This document shows positions 18,705 through 30,004 of a DNA stretch of 64,000 nt, piece by piece. Below the pieces are notes generated by a model that was given only the letters and a program-made list of their open reading frames with translations, was not told where the DNA came from and ran no database searches. Origin of the DNA: Candidatus Eiseniibacteriota bacterium (lineage in GTDB: Bacteria > Eisenbacteria > RBG-16-71-46). A program made the translations under genes and the position numbers. The DNA lies in the NCBI GenBank assembly GCA_963776245.1, contig CAVZLN010000003.1:832001-896000 (forward strand), given 5' to 3'. How positions within the stretch are numbered: position 1 is the stretch's first letter; each line of letters opens with the position of its first letter.

Positions 18705-19852
18705 CCGGCCGCGCGCTGGAGCGCGTCCTGCGCTTCGGCACGGGTCTCGGGCGCGGGGTCGTGTGCGCTCGCGGCCCGCAGCGCGGCGACCATCGCCGCG
18801 CGCGCGCGGTCATCCGCAGCGTCGCGGCGCGCGATCTCACCCAGCGCCCACGCCGCGTGACCGCGCACCACCGGCGACGGGTCGTCCGCGAGCGTGCGCA
18901 TCAGCGCCGGCGCGGCCGCGGACTGGCCGCGGTTGCCCAACGCCACGCACACGTTGCGCACCAGGCCCTCGCGGCCGGCGCGGCGGATGGCGCTGCCGGC
19001 GAACAGCGCGCGGAACGCGGGCTCGTCGAGCGCGAGGAACCGCTCGAGCGACCAGCCCTCGAGCGCCCGCGCGTGCAGCCGCGCGTCGCGCGCGGGCGGG
19101 GCGAACCGGTTCCACGGGCACGCCTCCAGGCAGAGGTCGCAGCCGAACACCCAGTCGCCGATCGACGCGCGGGACTCGGGCGGGAGCGGCCCCGGGTGCT
19201 CGATGGTGAGGTAGGAGATGCAGAGACGCGCGTCCACCTGGTAGGGCGCGACGATGGCGCCGGTCGGGCAGGCCGCGATGCACCGCGTGCAGCGGCCGCA
19301 GCGTTCGCGCTCCAGCGGCGGGTCGGGATCGAGCGCCTGGTCCACCAGCACCTCGCCGAGCAGGAACCACGAGCCGAGCCGCTGCGAGAGCAGGCCCGAG
19401 TGCTTGCCGATCCAGCCGAGGCCCGCGCGCTCGGCCCAGCCGCGCTCGAGGATGGCGCCGGTGTCGGCGTACCACAGCGCCCGCGAGCCGGGCAGCCACT
19501 CCATGATCTCGCGCTGCAGGGTGAGGAGCAGGTCCTCCATCACGCGGTGATAGTCCTCTCCGGCGGCGTAGCGCGCGATGCGGCCCAGTCGCGCGTCGCG
19601 CGCCGCGTCCGTCCCGGGCGGATGGCAGAGCGCCACGCACACCACCGAGCGCAGGCCGCGCAACAGGCGCGTGGGGTCGGCGCGCCGCGCGCGGTGCTGG
19701 TCGTTCGCGAGCCAGCGCATGCCGGCGTGCCGGCCGGCGGCGAGCCACGCCTCGTAGCGCCGCTGCGCCTCGAGCGGCCCGAGCGCGGCGATGCCCACGG
19801 CGTCGAACCCGAGTTCGAGCGCGCGCGCCTTGATGCGTGCGGTGGGCGTCAT
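18701..19852 (-). CDS. queG: Epoxyqueuosine reductase
   Basis: ARYAAGEDYH, DTGAILER, GLGWIGK, CGRCTRCIAACPT, CISYLTIE, FGCDLCLEACPWN, HEAT-like C-terminus. Confidence 0.93.
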   Translation of the reverse strand: MTPTARIKARALELGFDAVGIAALGPLEAQRRYEAWLAAGRHAGMRWLANDQHRARRADPTRLLRGLRSVVCVALCHPPGTDAARDARLGRIARYAAGEDYHRVMEDLLLTLQREIMEWLPGSRALWYADTGAILERGWAERAGLGWIGKHSGLLSQRLGSWFLLGEVLVDQALDPDPPLERERCGRCTRCIAACPTGAIVAPYQVDARLCISYLTIEHPGPLPPESRASIGDWVFGCDLCLEACPWNRFAPPARDARLHARALEGWSLERFLALDEPAFRALFAGSAIRRAGREGLVRNVCVALGNRGQSAAAPALMRTLADDPSPVVRGHAAWALGEIARRDAADDRARAAMVAALRAASAHDPAPETRAEAQDALQRAAG

Positions 19853-19866
19853 GCCGACGCCGAGCG

Positions 19867-20887
19867 TCAGCGGGTGGTGTCCGGCGGCGCGCCCCGTCGC
19901 GGGCGTCCGTCGCGCGCGGGCCGCGGCTCGCGGGGCTCGCGCGGGGGCGCCTCGAAGGGACGCACCACCGGCACGCGCTCGGGCGCCGGCGCCCCGCGCT
20001 CGGCGCGGTCGCGGGCCTCGTCCGCCGCGTGCCCGGCGGCGCGCTGGGCCTCGATCCGCGCTTCCCGCTCGGCGCTCGCGGTGTCGGTCGCGGCGGCCTC
20101 GCTGGCCGGCGGCGCGGTCGCCGGGCGCCGGCCGCCGTCGGCGGCAGCCGGCCGCGCGTGCGTCAGCGTGCCGGGCGCCACCAGGTCCTCGATGCGCGCG
20201 CGCCGCAGCGGCCCGGTGCGCCGTTCCACCCAGTCGAAGCGGGGGCCGGCGGCGAGCTTCACGCCGTCGCGCTCGATGACGCGCTCGATCGGCTGGATGC
20301 GCGGCAGACGCCCGCGCAGCACCTCGGGCTTCACCACCTTCGCGCTCAGGTCGGTGCTCCCGAGTGCTGTGGCGGGCACGAAGGTGTACGCGCCGCCGTC
20401 GTAGCCGGACGACACCGCGAGCAGGGGCGCCCAGCCGACGTAGTCGTCGTCGCCCGCCCACTGGACCCAGGCCGGCGCCCACACCACGTCGGGGATCCAC
20501 ACCCAGCCCTGGAAGCGGTCGTCGATCCAGCGGCCGTAGTGATCGGTCGCCCAGCCGAACTCGTCGGTGGACACCCAGACCCACCCCCACGCGTCGCTCG
20601 GCACCCAGTAGCCGTTCTCGTACGGGCGCCAGGCGACGAAGTTCACGTCGGGGCGGAACGCGTAGCCGTAGGGCTCGATGAGCACCCAGTCGCCCTGCCC
20701 CTCGAGCATGTCGTAGAACACGCGGTGCTCGGGCCGCATGTTCTCGCGGATGGGCGAGTTCCACGCGCGGTCCGCGAATGACCGCGGGGCCTGCGACGCC
20801 GGTCCGAGCGCCGGCCGCGCACGAGGCGAGCGTCAGCGCGAGCAGCGCGGGAGCCAGGCGGCGTGCGGTGCGAAAGCGGGTGCGCAA
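19867..20887 (-). pseudogene. Trp-rich DUF6600-like lipoprotein, frameshifted near 20811 (pseudogene or sequencing error)
   Basis: GGAGG RBS and TTG at 20887, signal ending LASC, then frame change into ...WRPYENGYW...WGWVWVS...GWATDHYGRW...WAPAWV. Confidence 0.65.
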
Positions 20888-20961
20888 GGTGCTCCTCCGG
20901 GATGCGGGGCCGCGGGGGCGCGGCGCGGGCGGCCCGTCACGATCGGCCCCCGGGCGGGCGC

Positions 20962-22656
20962 TCACAGGCCCTTGTAGTCCGGGCCGCCGCCGCCCTCAGG
21001 GGTGACCCAGGTGATGATCTGGTACGGATCGGCGATGTCGCAGGTCTTGCAGTGCACGCAGTTCGAGGCGTTGATCTGCAGCTTCAGCGCGCCGGGACTG
21101 GAGTCGTCCGGCACCATCTCGTAAACGTTCGCGGGGCAGAAATGCTGGCACGGGTTGCCGTACTCCGTGCGGCACCGCGTCGCGCACACGCTGATATCGG
21201 CGACCTTCAGGTGCACCGGCTCGTTCTCGTCGTGCGTGGTGCCCGAGAGGTAGACGTCGGCGAGCTTGTCGAAGGTGAGCACCCCGTCGAACTTCATCGG
21301 CGCGGCCGTGCCGGCGGGAGGGCGATCCTTGAGCTTGCGCATGCGCTCGTGGCCCGCCACGTTCATGACGCGGTCGCGGAACCGGGCGTCCCGGCCGCCC
21401 AGCACCATCGCGGCGCCCACGTTCAGCATGCCGGTCCACAGGCCGTGCTCGAACGACTGGTGGAAGGTGCGCACGCCCCACAGCTCCTCGCGCGCCCACG
21501 AGGACTCGAAGCGCTTCTCGTAGCCCGCCAGGCGCGCGGCCGAGAAGTCGCCGGCGAGCAGGCACTCGAACAGCGTCTCGGCGGCGAGCATGCCCGACTT
21601 CATCGCCAGATGGATGCCCTTGAGGCGGCCGCCGTTCAGGAGGCCGGCGGTGTCGCCGCACAGCAGCAGCCCGTCGGCGGAGAGCCTCGGCACCGCCCAG
21701 TAGCCGCCCTCGGGGATGGCCTTGGCGCCGTACGCGACCGGTTTGCCGCCCTCCAGCAGCGCCGACACCAGCGGATGGGTCTTCAGCCGCTGCAGGTTCG
21801 CGTGCGGATCGTTGGCGGGATCGGGCGAGTCGAGCCCGGTGACGAAGCCCACCGCCCAGTGCGACTCGTCCATGCCGTAGATGAAGCCGCCGCCGAAGGT
21901 GTCGCTCGGCAGCGGGAAACCCATGGTGTGGATCACGTGCCCCTTACGCGCGCGGCCCGCGGGCACCTCCCAGAGCTCCTTCACCCCGGTGGCGTACACC
22001 TGCGGGTTCCTCCCCACCATGAGCCCGAACGGGGTCTCGAGCGCCTTGGCGAGCGTGCCGCGCGGGCCCTCGCACAGCACCGTGACCTTCGCGCGGCAGT
22101 CGGCGCCCATCTGGTAGTTCGGCTTGTGGCCGCCCTGCTTGTCCACACCCTTGTCCCCGGTGCGCACGCCGGCGAGGCGGCCGCCCTCGACGATCGGCTG
22201 CGCGGCGGGCGTCTCGGTCACCACCAGCACGCCCCGGGCCTCGGCGATGCCGGCCATCCACTCGACCAGCCGTCCGAGCGACACCACGAGATTGCCGTGG
22301 TTTTCGAACAGCGGCGGGGTGATCGGCAGGCGGAACCGGCCGCCGCCGGCGGTCAGGTGATAGACGTCGTCTCCGGTGACCGGGCTGGCGATCGGACAGC
22401 CCTGCACGGCGTAGTCGGGCAGCAGCTCGGCGAGCGCGCGCGGATCGAGCACCGCGCCCGAGATGCCGTGGGCGCCGACGCGCGCGCTCTTCTCGAGCAC
22501 CGCGATCGTCACCTCGTCGAGCTTGGTGCCCGGGGCGCCCGCGGCGATCGCCTGATTGTGGCGCTCGATCAGGTTCGACAGATGGATGGCGCCCGCCAGC
22601 CCCGCGGGACCGGCGCCGATGAACTGCACGTCGAACTCGAGAACCTCGCGCTCCAT
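20962..22656 (-). CDS. Electron transfer flavoprotein-quinone oxidoreductase
   Basis: IGAGPAGL, GAH.ISGA, GVKELW, KGIHLAMKSG, C-terminal NCVHCKTCDIADP...W.TPEGGGGP.Y. Confidence 0.95.
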   Translation of the reverse strand: MEREVLEFDVQFIGAGPAGLAGAIHLSNLIERHNQAIAAGAPGTKLDEVTIAVLEKSARVGAHGISGAVLDPRALAELLPDYAVQGCPIASPVTGDDVYHLTAGGGRFRLPITPPLFENHGNLVVSLGRLVEWMAGIAEARGVLVVTETPAAQPIVEGGRLAGVRTGDKGVDKQGGHKPNYQMGADCRAKVTVLCEGPRGTLAKALETPFGLMVGRNPQVYATGVKELWEVPAGRARKGHVIHTMGFPLPSDTFGGGFIYGMDESHWAVGFVTGLDSPDPANDPHANLQRLKTHPLVSALLEGGKPVAYGAKAIPEGGYWAVPRLSADGLLLCGDTAGLLNGGRLKGIHLAMKSGMLAAETLFECLLAGDFSAARLAGYEKRFESSWAREELWGVRTFHQSFEHGLWTGMLNVGAAMVLGGRDARFRDRVMNVAGHERMRKLKDRPPAGTAAPMKFDGVLTFDKLADVYLSGTTHDENEPVHLKVADISVCATRCRTEYGNPCQHFCPANVYEMVPDDSSPGALKLQINASNCVHCKTCDIADPYQIITWVTPEGGGGPDYKGL

Positions 22657-22703
22657 GTCCCGTCCTCACGCGCGCCGTGCGGGCGCGCCTCCGTGCGCTG
22701 CGA

Positions 22704-23669
22704 TCAGGTGCGGCCGTGCGCCGCGACGTGGGCCGCGTGCGCCTCGGCCTCGAGCCATCGCTCGCAGTCGATGGCCGCCATACATCCGCTGCCGGCCGCG
22801 GTCACCGCCTGGCGGTACACCGCGTCGGCCACGTCGCCCGCCACGAACACGCCGGGGACCGAGGTCTTCGAGGTGCCGGGCGTGACGCGCACGTAGCCCT
22901 GCTCGTCGAGCGGCAACTGGCCTTCCAGGAACTTCGTGTTGGGCCGGTGCCCGATGGCGACGAACACGCCGTCGATCGCCATCTCGGTCACCGCGCCGGT
23001 CTTCACCTCGCGCAGCTTCACGCCGCGCACGCGCTGCTGTTCCACGCCCAGCACCTCGGCGACCTCGGTGGCCCACAGGATCCGGATCTTCGGATTCGCG
23101 CGCGTGCGCTCCTGCATGATCTTCGACCCGCGCAGCGCGTCGCGCCGGTGGACGAGGATCACCTCGGCGCAGAAGCGCGTCAGGTAGTTGGCCTCCTCGA
23201 GCGCGGTGTCGCCGCCGCCCACCACGATGACGCGCTGGTTCTTGAAGAAGAACCCGTCGCACGTGGCGCACGCCGACACGCCCGAGCCCATGAGCTTCCG
23301 CTCGCTCTCGATGCCGAGCAGCTTCGCGGTCGCGCCGGTGGCGACGATCACGGCCTGGGCGTGGTGGTCGCCGAGATCGGTGTGGACGAGGAAGGGCCGG
23401 CGCTTGAAGTCCACGGAGAGCACCTCGGCCTGCACGAACTCGGTGCCGAAGCGCTCGACCTGGAGCTTCATCTGCTCCATCAGCTCGGGGCCCTGGATGC
23501 CCGCGGGAAAGCCGGGGTAGTTCTCCACGTCGGTGGTGATGGTGAGCTGCCCGCCGGGCTGGTAGCCGGAGATGACGAGCGGCTTGAGGTTGGCGCGGGC
23601 GGCGTAGAGCGCGGCGGTGTAGCCGGCCGGGCCCGAGCCCAGGATGATGACGTCGTGCACGCGGTCCAC
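22704..23669 (-). CDS. trxB: Thioredoxin reductase
   Basis: IILGSGPAGYTAALY, GGQLTITTDVENYPG, SACATCDG, GGGDTALEEA, YRQAVTAAG. Confidence 0.96.
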   Translation of the reverse strand: MDRVHDVIILGSGPAGYTAALYAARANLKPLVISGYQPGGQLTITTDVENYPGFPAGIQGPELMEQMKLQVERFGTEFVQAEVLSVDFKRRPFLVHTDLGDHHAQAVIVATGATAKLLGIESERKLMGSGVSACATCDGFFFKNQRVIVVGGGDTALEEANYLTRFCAEVILVHRRDALRGSKIMQERTRANPKIRILWATEVAEVLGVEQQRVRGVKLREVKTGAVTEMAIDGVFVAIGHRPNTKFLEGQLPLDEQGYVRVTPGTSKTSVPGVFVAGDVADAVYRQAVTAAGSGCMAAIDCERWLEAEAHAAHVAAHGRT

Positions 23670-23806
23670 GATGGGTCCTCGAGACAGGTAGGGGGAGTCG
23701 AGCGCGGCGATTCTAGTGCAGCGCCGCGCGCGGGGTGAAACGGGGTGGCACGGCCCTTTGGATGCCGGGCGGGCGCGAACGGACGCGCCGGGTGCCCGGC
23801 CGGGCG

Positions 23807-25084
23807 TCAGCTCCCGTGCGGGGCCCCCGCGCCGGGGCGGGCGGGGACGCTCAGCTGGACCACCGGGCCGGGCGCCGCGGGGCGCACCGTGCGCAGGATG
23901 CGCGGCAGTGCGGCCGCGGCCCACAGCGCCCACGCCAGCATCCAGAACGCCGCACTCGCGGCGTAGGCATGCAGGACCCCGGCGCCGGAGAGCGGCGCGG
24001 CCAGGCGCAGGACCAGCGCGAGCGCGAGTGCGCCGAGCACCCACGGGGTGAGCAGGCGGCTCTCGTCGGCGAATGGATGACGTCCGTGCGCCACGGTCAC
24101 CCGCGAGCCGATGCCGAGGGTGAGCAGCCCGTAGCCGCCCACGAACATCAGGTGGTACGCGGTGGTCGCCTGCGAGGGCCAGCCGACGGCGAGCCACAGG
24201 CCGCCCAGCACCAGCCAGCCCGAGGTCCACAGGGCGCGCGCCAGCACCCCGCGCTGGCCGGGGCCGCGGAACACCTTCCACACCAGCAGCAGCATCACGC
24301 TCGCCCCGGCGGCGCGCGTCAGCGCGCCGGCCCCGGCGTGGCCCCACGCCTCGAGCACGAACGCGCCGATCAGCGCCAGCGCCACCAGCGCGAACAGCCG
24401 CCGGCGCCCCGCGCGCTCGTGGGGGCGCGCCACACCGGGCACGCCGAGCGGATCGCGCATGCCGGCGAAGGTCGGCACCAGCAGCCCGCCGACCCCCAGC
24501 ACCACCGAGAGCGTCATGCCGAGCGAGATCAGCCGCTCGCCGAAGCGCGGCGCGGGCGGGGGCTGGCCGAACGCGCCCTGCGCCACCAGCACCGCGACCC
24601 CGGCGAGGCCGAAGAGGATGCCGAGTGCGACGAACGAGAACTCCTCGGGCGGCAGGTGCCGCGTGCGCGCCACGCGGCTCCCGAGCGCCCACGCGATCAG
24701 CAGCGCGCTGGCCCCGAACGCGAGGTGGGCGGCCCACGCCAGACCGCCGAGCGCGAGCGCGGCGAACACCGCCATGAGCGCCACGGCGGTCGCCAGTTCC
24801 CCGCGCGAACACCGGCCGCCGCGCGTGAACGCGGGCATGGCGGTGAGCAGGAAGCCGAGCATGAACGACTGCTCGAAGCCCTCGATCATGAGTGTGATGT
24901 GGAGCGGCCCGGGCCACGCGCCGGGCACCAGCACCGCGAGCGCCCACGGCAGCGCGCCGGCGAGCGCGAACGCCCCCCCGAGCGGGAACAGGATGCGGTA
25001 GGGCTCGGGCCACGCGGGGTCCGGCCCGGCCGCGCCGGGCCCGCCGGGCCGCACCCCCGGCGGGACGGGGAAGGAGGCGCTCAT
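23807..25084 (-). CDS. NnrS family membrane protein
   Basis: EPYRILFPLG, H..LMIEGF...F.LGFLLTAMP, HLMFVGG, RVTVAHG. Confidence 0.8.
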   Translation of the reverse strand: MSASFPVPPGVRPGGPGAAGPDPAWPEPYRILFPLGGAFALAGALPWALAVLVPGAWPGPLHITLMIEGFEQSFMLGFLLTAMPAFTRGGRCSRGELATAVALMAVFAALALGGLAWAAHLAFGASALLIAWALGSRVARTRHLPPEEFSFVALGILFGLAGVAVLVAQGAFGQPPPAPRFGERLISLGMTLSVVLGVGGLLVPTFAGMRDPLGVPGVARPHERAGRRRLFALVALALIGAFVLEAWGHAGAGALTRAAGASVMLLLVWKVFRGPGQRGVLARALWTSGWLVLGGLWLAVGWPSQATTAYHLMFVGGYGLLTLGIGSRVTVAHGRHPFADESRLLTPWVLGALALALVLRLAAPLSGAGVLHAYAASAAFWMLAWALWAAAALPRILRTVRPAAPGPVVQLSVPARPGAGAPHGS

Positions 25085-25214
25085 GAGGCCCTCGCCCCGG
25101 CCGTGCGCGGGCACACGCCGATCGCGGTCCAGCGTTTCATGAGTGAACCTCCTTCGCATGCCCATGGCAGGTGACGGTTACCAGGCGCTCCCGATCGCGG
25201 CGGAGTAGCGGGCC

Positions 25215-26381
25215 CTACATCCCGCGCAGCGTCCTCGCGATCGGCTGGCGGGCGGCGCGGAGCGAGGGGAGGAAGCCGCCGATCACGCCGAGCAGCGCGG
25301 CGAAGATCAGGCCGCCCACGAGCTCGGGCGGGCCGACGCGGAAGGCGAAGGCGGACTCGCTGAACGACGAGAAGTTGGTGGTACTGGTGGTGATGCCGTT
25401 GATCGGCAGCGCGAACAGGCAGCCGAGCACGCCACCCAGCAGCGCGATGAGCACCGACTCCACCATGAACGACACCATGATCGCGAAGGGGCTGAATCCC
25501 AGCACCAGCAGCGTGGCGATCTCGCGGGTGCGCGCACCGACCGCGGCGAACATGGTGTTCATCGCACCGAAGACGGCGCCCACGCCCATCACCAGCGTGA
25601 TGAAGATGCCGAGGCCCCGGATCAGGTTGGCGAGCAGCTCGGACTGGCGCGCGTACCAGTCGGACTCGGTGTAGACATCGACGCCGATGCGCGGATCGTT
25701 CTCGATCCGCCGCTTGAGCTGGGCGAAGCGCGCCGGGTCCTTCATGCGGAAGGTCACGCTCTGGAACACCTCGCCGCGGAACACCGGCATGAGCACGGCG
25801 TTGTCCCCCCAGATCTCGGACTCGAACGAGGCGCCGGCGGCGCTGAAGTGCCCGACCACGGTGAAGTCGCGCTGGCCGAAGCGCATCGTGCCGCCCACCT
25901 CGCAGCCGCCGAAGCGCGGCGCCACCCGCTCGCCGACGACGATCTCGGCGGTGCCGGGCGCGAACATCCGCCCTTCGGTGATCTTCACGCCGCTGCGCAG
26001 CGCCAGCGCGGCGGGGTCGATGCCGCGGACGGTCAGGTTGGAGTTCCCGCTCAGGCCGCGGCGCGGGCGGTTGTTGACCACCACCACCTCGGGGCTCGCC
26101 AGCGGGCGGCCGCCGGGCCCGGCCGCCACGTCGGGCAGGGCGGCGATGATGTTGGCCGCGTCGCGGGTCACGCCGCTGGAGATCTCGCCGTCGGCGCCCT
26201 TGCGCACGCAGAATGCGTTGCGCGGGTCGCCGCTGCGCTTCATCGCCTGCTGGAAGCCCGCGGCGAGCGCCAGCGCGCCGATCAGGATGGACACGGTGAG
26301 CGCCACGCCGACCGCGGTGGTCAGCGTCGAGACCGGCCGCTGGACGATGTTGCGGAGGTTGTAGGACAGGGGCAGCGCCAT
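25215..26381 (-). CDS. MacB/FtsX-type ABC transporter permease
   Basis: Large periplasmic loop; NTMFAAVGARTREIATL..LGF. Confidence 0.88.
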   Translation of the reverse strand: MALPLSYNLRNIVQRPVSTLTTAVGVALTVSILIGALALAAGFQQAMKRSGDPRNAFCVRKGADGEISSGVTRDAANIIAALPDVAAGPGGRPLASPEVVVVNNRPRRGLSGNSNLTVRGIDPAALALRSGVKITEGRMFAPGTAEIVVGERVAPRFGGCEVGGTMRFGQRDFTVVGHFSAAGASFESEIWGDNAVLMPVFRGEVFQSVTFRMKDPARFAQLKRRIENDPRIGVDVYTESDWYARQSELLANLIRGLGIFITLVMGVGAVFGAMNTMFAAVGARTREIATLLVLGFSPFAIMVSFMVESVLIALLGGVLGCLFALPINGITTSTTNFSSFSESAFAFRVGPPELVGGLIFAALLGVIGGFLPSLRAARQPIARTLRGM

Positions 26382-26394
26382 CGTCGGTCTCCGC

Positions 26395-27591
26395 TCAGTC
26401 CACGCGCCGCAGCGCGTCGACGATGGACAGGCGCGAGGCCTGCCAGGCCGGGATGAGCCCGCTCACCGCGCCCATCAGGAGCGCCATGGCGATGCCGGTG
26501 GACACGGTGGACCAGTACACGCTCATCGGCGGCAGGAAGCCGCCGAAATTGAACCCCGACCCCTCGATCGCGAACTTCGCCAGCAGCGAGCCGGCGACCC
26601 CGCCCCCGAGCGTGATGAACGCCGCCTCGAGCAGCACGATCCGGAAGATCGTGCCGTCCGCGAAACCCAGCGTCTTCATCACGCCCACCTCGCTGGTGCG
26701 CTCGCGCACCGCCATCACCATGGTGTTGGCCGCCACCAGCAGGATCGCGAAGACGATGGCGAGCCCGATCACCTTGATGACGAAGGGCAGGTTGCCGTAC
26801 CACGACACGAAGCCGGCCTGGAACGCCTTCTCGGTCTCGGTGTGGGTGGCGGCCGAGGAGTTCACGAACATCGCGTCCACCTGGCTGGCGACGTCGGCCG
26901 CGCGCTGCGGGTCCGTGAGCTCGAGGATGAACAGCCCGACCAGCGACTGGCCGCCCATGCCCTTCTGGTCGAGATAGCGGAAGTGGAAGAAGAAGCTCTC
27001 GTCACCGACGCCCCGGTTCTTCGGGCGGTACACCGCGCGGATGGTGAACGGCCAGGAGCCGGTGTAGATCGTGCCGTTGAGCGAGATGGTCTGGCCCAGC
27101 TTCCAGCCCATGCGCTGGAACAGTTTCTCGCCCACCACGCACGCGGTCTGCTCCTCCATGAAGGCGGCGAGCTTGGGATCCACCCCGGGCGCCAGCGCCG
27201 CGCCGGTCAGCGGCGGCGAAGCGGCCACGATCTCCACATCGCGCGCGTACATCGGGAAGAAGGTCTCGGCGTCCACCGCGAACTGGGCGAAGAAGTTCCT
27301 CGGGTTCACCGGGTCCTGCCCGCCGAACCAGCTCTGCACGCTGGTGCTCTTCACCCCCGGGAGCGCCGCGATGCGCTGGCGATAGGACATCGGGAGCGGG
27401 AACACCAGCGAGATGGCGTTGCGGGTCACGATGCGCTGCTCGCTGCCGACCTTGATGGACTCCTGCAGCGTGTCGAGCACGCCGAACAGCGCGCAGAACA
27501 GGAACAGCGCCACGGTCACGCTCAGGAACGTGAGCGTGGTGCGCAGCTTGTTCCGGCCGAGATTGACGAAGGTGAGGAACAGAAGGTTCAC
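26395..27591 (-). CDS. MacB/FtsX-type ABC transporter permease
   Basis: [34 protein letters not shown]. Confidence 0.88.
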   Translation of the reverse strand: MNLLFLTFVNLGRNKLRTTLTFLSVTVALFLFCALFGVLDTLQESIKVGSEQRIVTRNAISLVFPLPMSYRQRIAALPGVKSTSVQSWFGGQDPVNPRNFFAQFAVDAETFFPMYARDVEIVAASPPLTGAALAPGVDPKLAAFMEEQTACVVGEKLFQRMGWKLGQTISLNGTIYTGSWPFTIRAVYRPKNRGVGDESFFFHFRYLDQKGMGGQSLVGLFILELTDPQRAADVASQVDAMFVNSSAATHTETEKAFQAGFVSWYGNLPFVIKVIGLAIVFAILLVAANTMVMAVRERTSEVGVMKTLGFADGTIFRIVLLEAAFITLGGGVAGSLLAKFAIEGSGFNFGGFLPPMSVYWSTVSTGIAMALLMGAVSGLIPAWQASRLSIVDALRRVD

Positions 27592-27607
27592 GCGTGGCCC
27601 CCGGTCC

Positions 27608-28279
27608 TCAGTTGGAGAGGTCGCCCTTGTCGAGATGGAGCACGCGGTGCGCGCGCTCGGCGGCGTGCGGGTCGTGCGTCACCATGACGATGGTCTTCTT
27701 GAACTCGCGGTTGAGCCGGTCGATGAGGTCGAGGATCTCGGCCGCGCTCCTGCGGTCGAGGTCGCCGGTGGGCTCGTCGGCGAGCAGCACGGCCGGGTCG
27801 CTCACGAACGCGCGGGCGATCGCCACGCGCTGCTCCTGCCCGCCCGAGAGCTGGCGCGGATAATGGCCCACGCGATCGGCCAGGCCCACCAGTTCAAGCG
27901 CGGTCCGCGCCCGCCGGCGCCGCTCGGCGCCGCTCATCCGCACCAGCATCAGCGGCAGCTCGACGTTCTGGAGCGCGGTGAGGACCGGGACGAGGTTGTA
28001 GAGCTGGAAGATGAAGCCGATGTTCTCGGACCGCCACTTCGCCAGCCGGCGCCCGCGCAGTTGCGAGATGTCGGTGCCGCCCACCAACAGCTCGCCGGCA
28101 GTCGGCGTGTCGATGCCGCCGATCAGATTGAGGAGCGTGGTCTTGCCGGAGCCCGACGGCCCCATGAGCGCCACGAATTCCCCGTCGGCGATGTCGAGCG
28201 TGATCCCATCGAGCACCGGCACCTGCTGCCGGTCGCGCGAGTAGACCTTGCGCACGTCACGCAACTGGACCGAAGCCAT
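27608..28279 (-). CDS. ABC transporter ATP-binding protein (LolD/MacB-like)
   Basis: [31 protein letters not shown]. Confidence 0.95.
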   Translation of the reverse strand: MASVQLRDVRKVYSRDRQQVPVLDGITLDIADGEFVALMGPSGSGKTTLLNLIGGIDTPTAGELLVGGTDISQLRGRRLAKWRSENIGFIFQLYNLVPVLTALQNVELPLMLVRMSGAERRRRARTALELVGLADRVGHYPRQLSGGQEQRVAIARAFVSDPAVLLADEPTGDLDRRSAAEILDLIDRLNREFKKTIVMVTHDPHAAERAHRVLHLDKGDLSN

Positions 28280-28290
28280 CGCGGGTTCTC

Positions 28291-29481
28291 CTAGGAGGAC
28301 GAGAGGACGCGCACGCGCGCGCCGGACTTGAGACCGGGAGGCGGCTGGAGCACCACCTGCTCGCCGCCGTCGAGTCCGCGGCGCACTTCGACGTCGGCAT
28401 CGCGCGCGGGACCGAGTTCCACGGGGAGCGCGCGCGCCACCCCGTCCTTCACCACCCACACCCGGGCCTGGTCCCCTGCGCCGACGATCGCGGCCGCGGG
28501 CACCCGCACGCGCCGGGGCGCCAGGGCGAGCGGGGCGCCCTCGTCCCGCGCGAACGTCACCTTGGCTCCCATCTCGGGTAGGATGCGCGAGTCCCGGTCG
28601 AGGATCGAGACCTTCACCTGCACGGTCGCCTTCTGGCGATCGGCGGTGGGCACCACCTGGCGCACCCGCGCGGCGAACGAGGTGTCGGGGTAGGCGTCGA
28701 GGGTCACCCGCGCGCCCTGCCCGTTGCGGATGCGCGCGATGTACGCCTCGCTGACGTCCACCTCGACCTCGAGCGTGCCGAGGTCGGCCATGGTGACGAT
28801 CGCGGTGCGCGTGAGCCCGCCGCCGGCGGACGATGGGGCGACGATCTCGCCCACCTCGGCGTCCTTGCGCAGCACCGTGCCGTCGAACGGCGCACGGATG
28901 AGCGTGTTCTCGAGGTTCGCGGCCGCCAGCCCGGTCTGGGCCTTCGCGCTCTGGAGCTGGGCGGCGAGGCCGTCCACGCGCGCCTGCGCGTTCTCGAGAT
29001 CGGCGTCCGAGGAGAGGTCCCCCGCCCGCAGCACCTTCGCCCGCGCGAGGTCGCGCCGCGCCTGCCCGAGCTGCACGTCGAACTGGACCTCGACGGCGCG
29101 CGCCACGCGCAGCGCGGCCTGGTAGTCGGCGCCCTCGATGGTGGCGATGACCTCGCCGCGCCTCACCCGTGAGCCCTCGTGGACCGCGATCGAGGCGAGG
29201 CGGCCGAGGATCTTGGCCGAGACCGAGGCGCGCGTGCGGGCCACCACGTACCCGTTGGCCGTGATGCCCTCGCCCGACGCCGAGCCGGCGCCGCCGGTGG
29301 CCTCGGCGGTCGCCACCTTCACCTCGATCGGCCGCGGTCGCAGCACCGTGAACCAGGCGAGCGCCGCGAGCGCGAGCACCGCGGGAATCGCCCACAGCGC
29401 GATCCGCCCGGGGCCGCCACCCGGCGGAACGGGCGCGCGACGGTCGATGCGCAGGCTGGAGAGATCGGAGGCGGAGGTCAT
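28291..29481 (-). CDS. Periplasmic adaptor (membrane fusion) protein of efflux system
   Basis: N-terminal TM, lipoyl motifs (V.EG.RV.RGEVIA; IRAPFDG), coiled-coil hairpin. Confidence 0.9.
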   Translation of the reverse strand: MTSASDLSSLRIDRRAPVPPGGGPGRIALWAIPAVLALAALAWFTVLRPRPIEVKVATAEATGGAGSASGEGITANGYVVARTRASVSAKILGRLASIAVHEGSRVRRGEVIATIEGADYQAALRVARAVEVQFDVQLGQARRDLARAKVLRAGDLSSDADLENAQARVDGLAAQLQSAKAQTGLAAANLENTLIRAPFDGTVLRKDAEVGEIVAPSSAGGGLTRTAIVTMADLGTLEVEVDVSEAYIARIRNGQGARVTLDAYPDTSFAARVRQVVPTADRQKATVQVKVSILDRDSRILPEMGAKVTFARDEGAPLALAPRRVRVPAAAIVGAGDQARVWVVKDGVARALPVELGPARDADVEVRRGLDGGEQVVLQPPPGLKSGARVRVLSSS

Positions 29482-29604
29482 GGACTCGATGGGTTGGAGA
29501 GAGGGCGGAGGCTATGCCGCGGCCGCGCAGGAGGTCAAGGTCCTCCTGCTCGGGCATCCGGGCCGCCCGATCCCCGGGTCGCGCTCCCAACCGCAGTCCG
29601 CGTG

Positions 29605-29633
29605 TTGCGACGGCCCGCGCGACCCACTAGACT
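29605..29633 (+). promoter_or_regulatory. Sigma70-type promoter for ferredoxin
   Basis: TTGCGA-N17-TAGACT. Confidence 0.55.
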
Positions 29634-29700
29634 TCCGGCCCGCTCCGCTCCTGCAGGCCGCCTGGTGCGGCCCGATCGACTGGCTTCCCGGAGGACCCCC

Positions 29701-29937
29701 ATGCCGTTCGTCATCGCCGAGCCCTGCATCGGTGTGAAGGACAAGTCGTGCGTCGAGGTGTGCCCCGTCAATTGCATCTACGAGGGCGAGGACATGTTCT
29801 ACATCCACCCCGACGAGTGCATCGACTGCCAGGCGTGCGAAGCGGCCTGCCCGGTGCAGGCGATCTTCCCCGACAACGGAGTGCCCGAGAAATGGCACGC
29901 GTTCATCGAGAAGAACCGCGCCTTCTTCGACAAGTAG
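29701..29937 (+). CDS. Dicluster (7Fe-type) ferredoxin
   Basis: [18 protein letters not shown] and [21 protein letters not shown]. Confidence 0.93.
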   Translation: MPFVIAEPCIGVKDKSCVEVCPVNCIYEGEDMFYIHPDECIDCQACEAACPVQAIFPDNGVPEKWHAFIEKNRAFFDK

Positions 29938-30004
29938 CCCGCTGGCGAGGCAACCATGGACGGCGCCGCGCGGCGCCACCCCGCGCGCTCCGGGAGGACG
30001 CATC

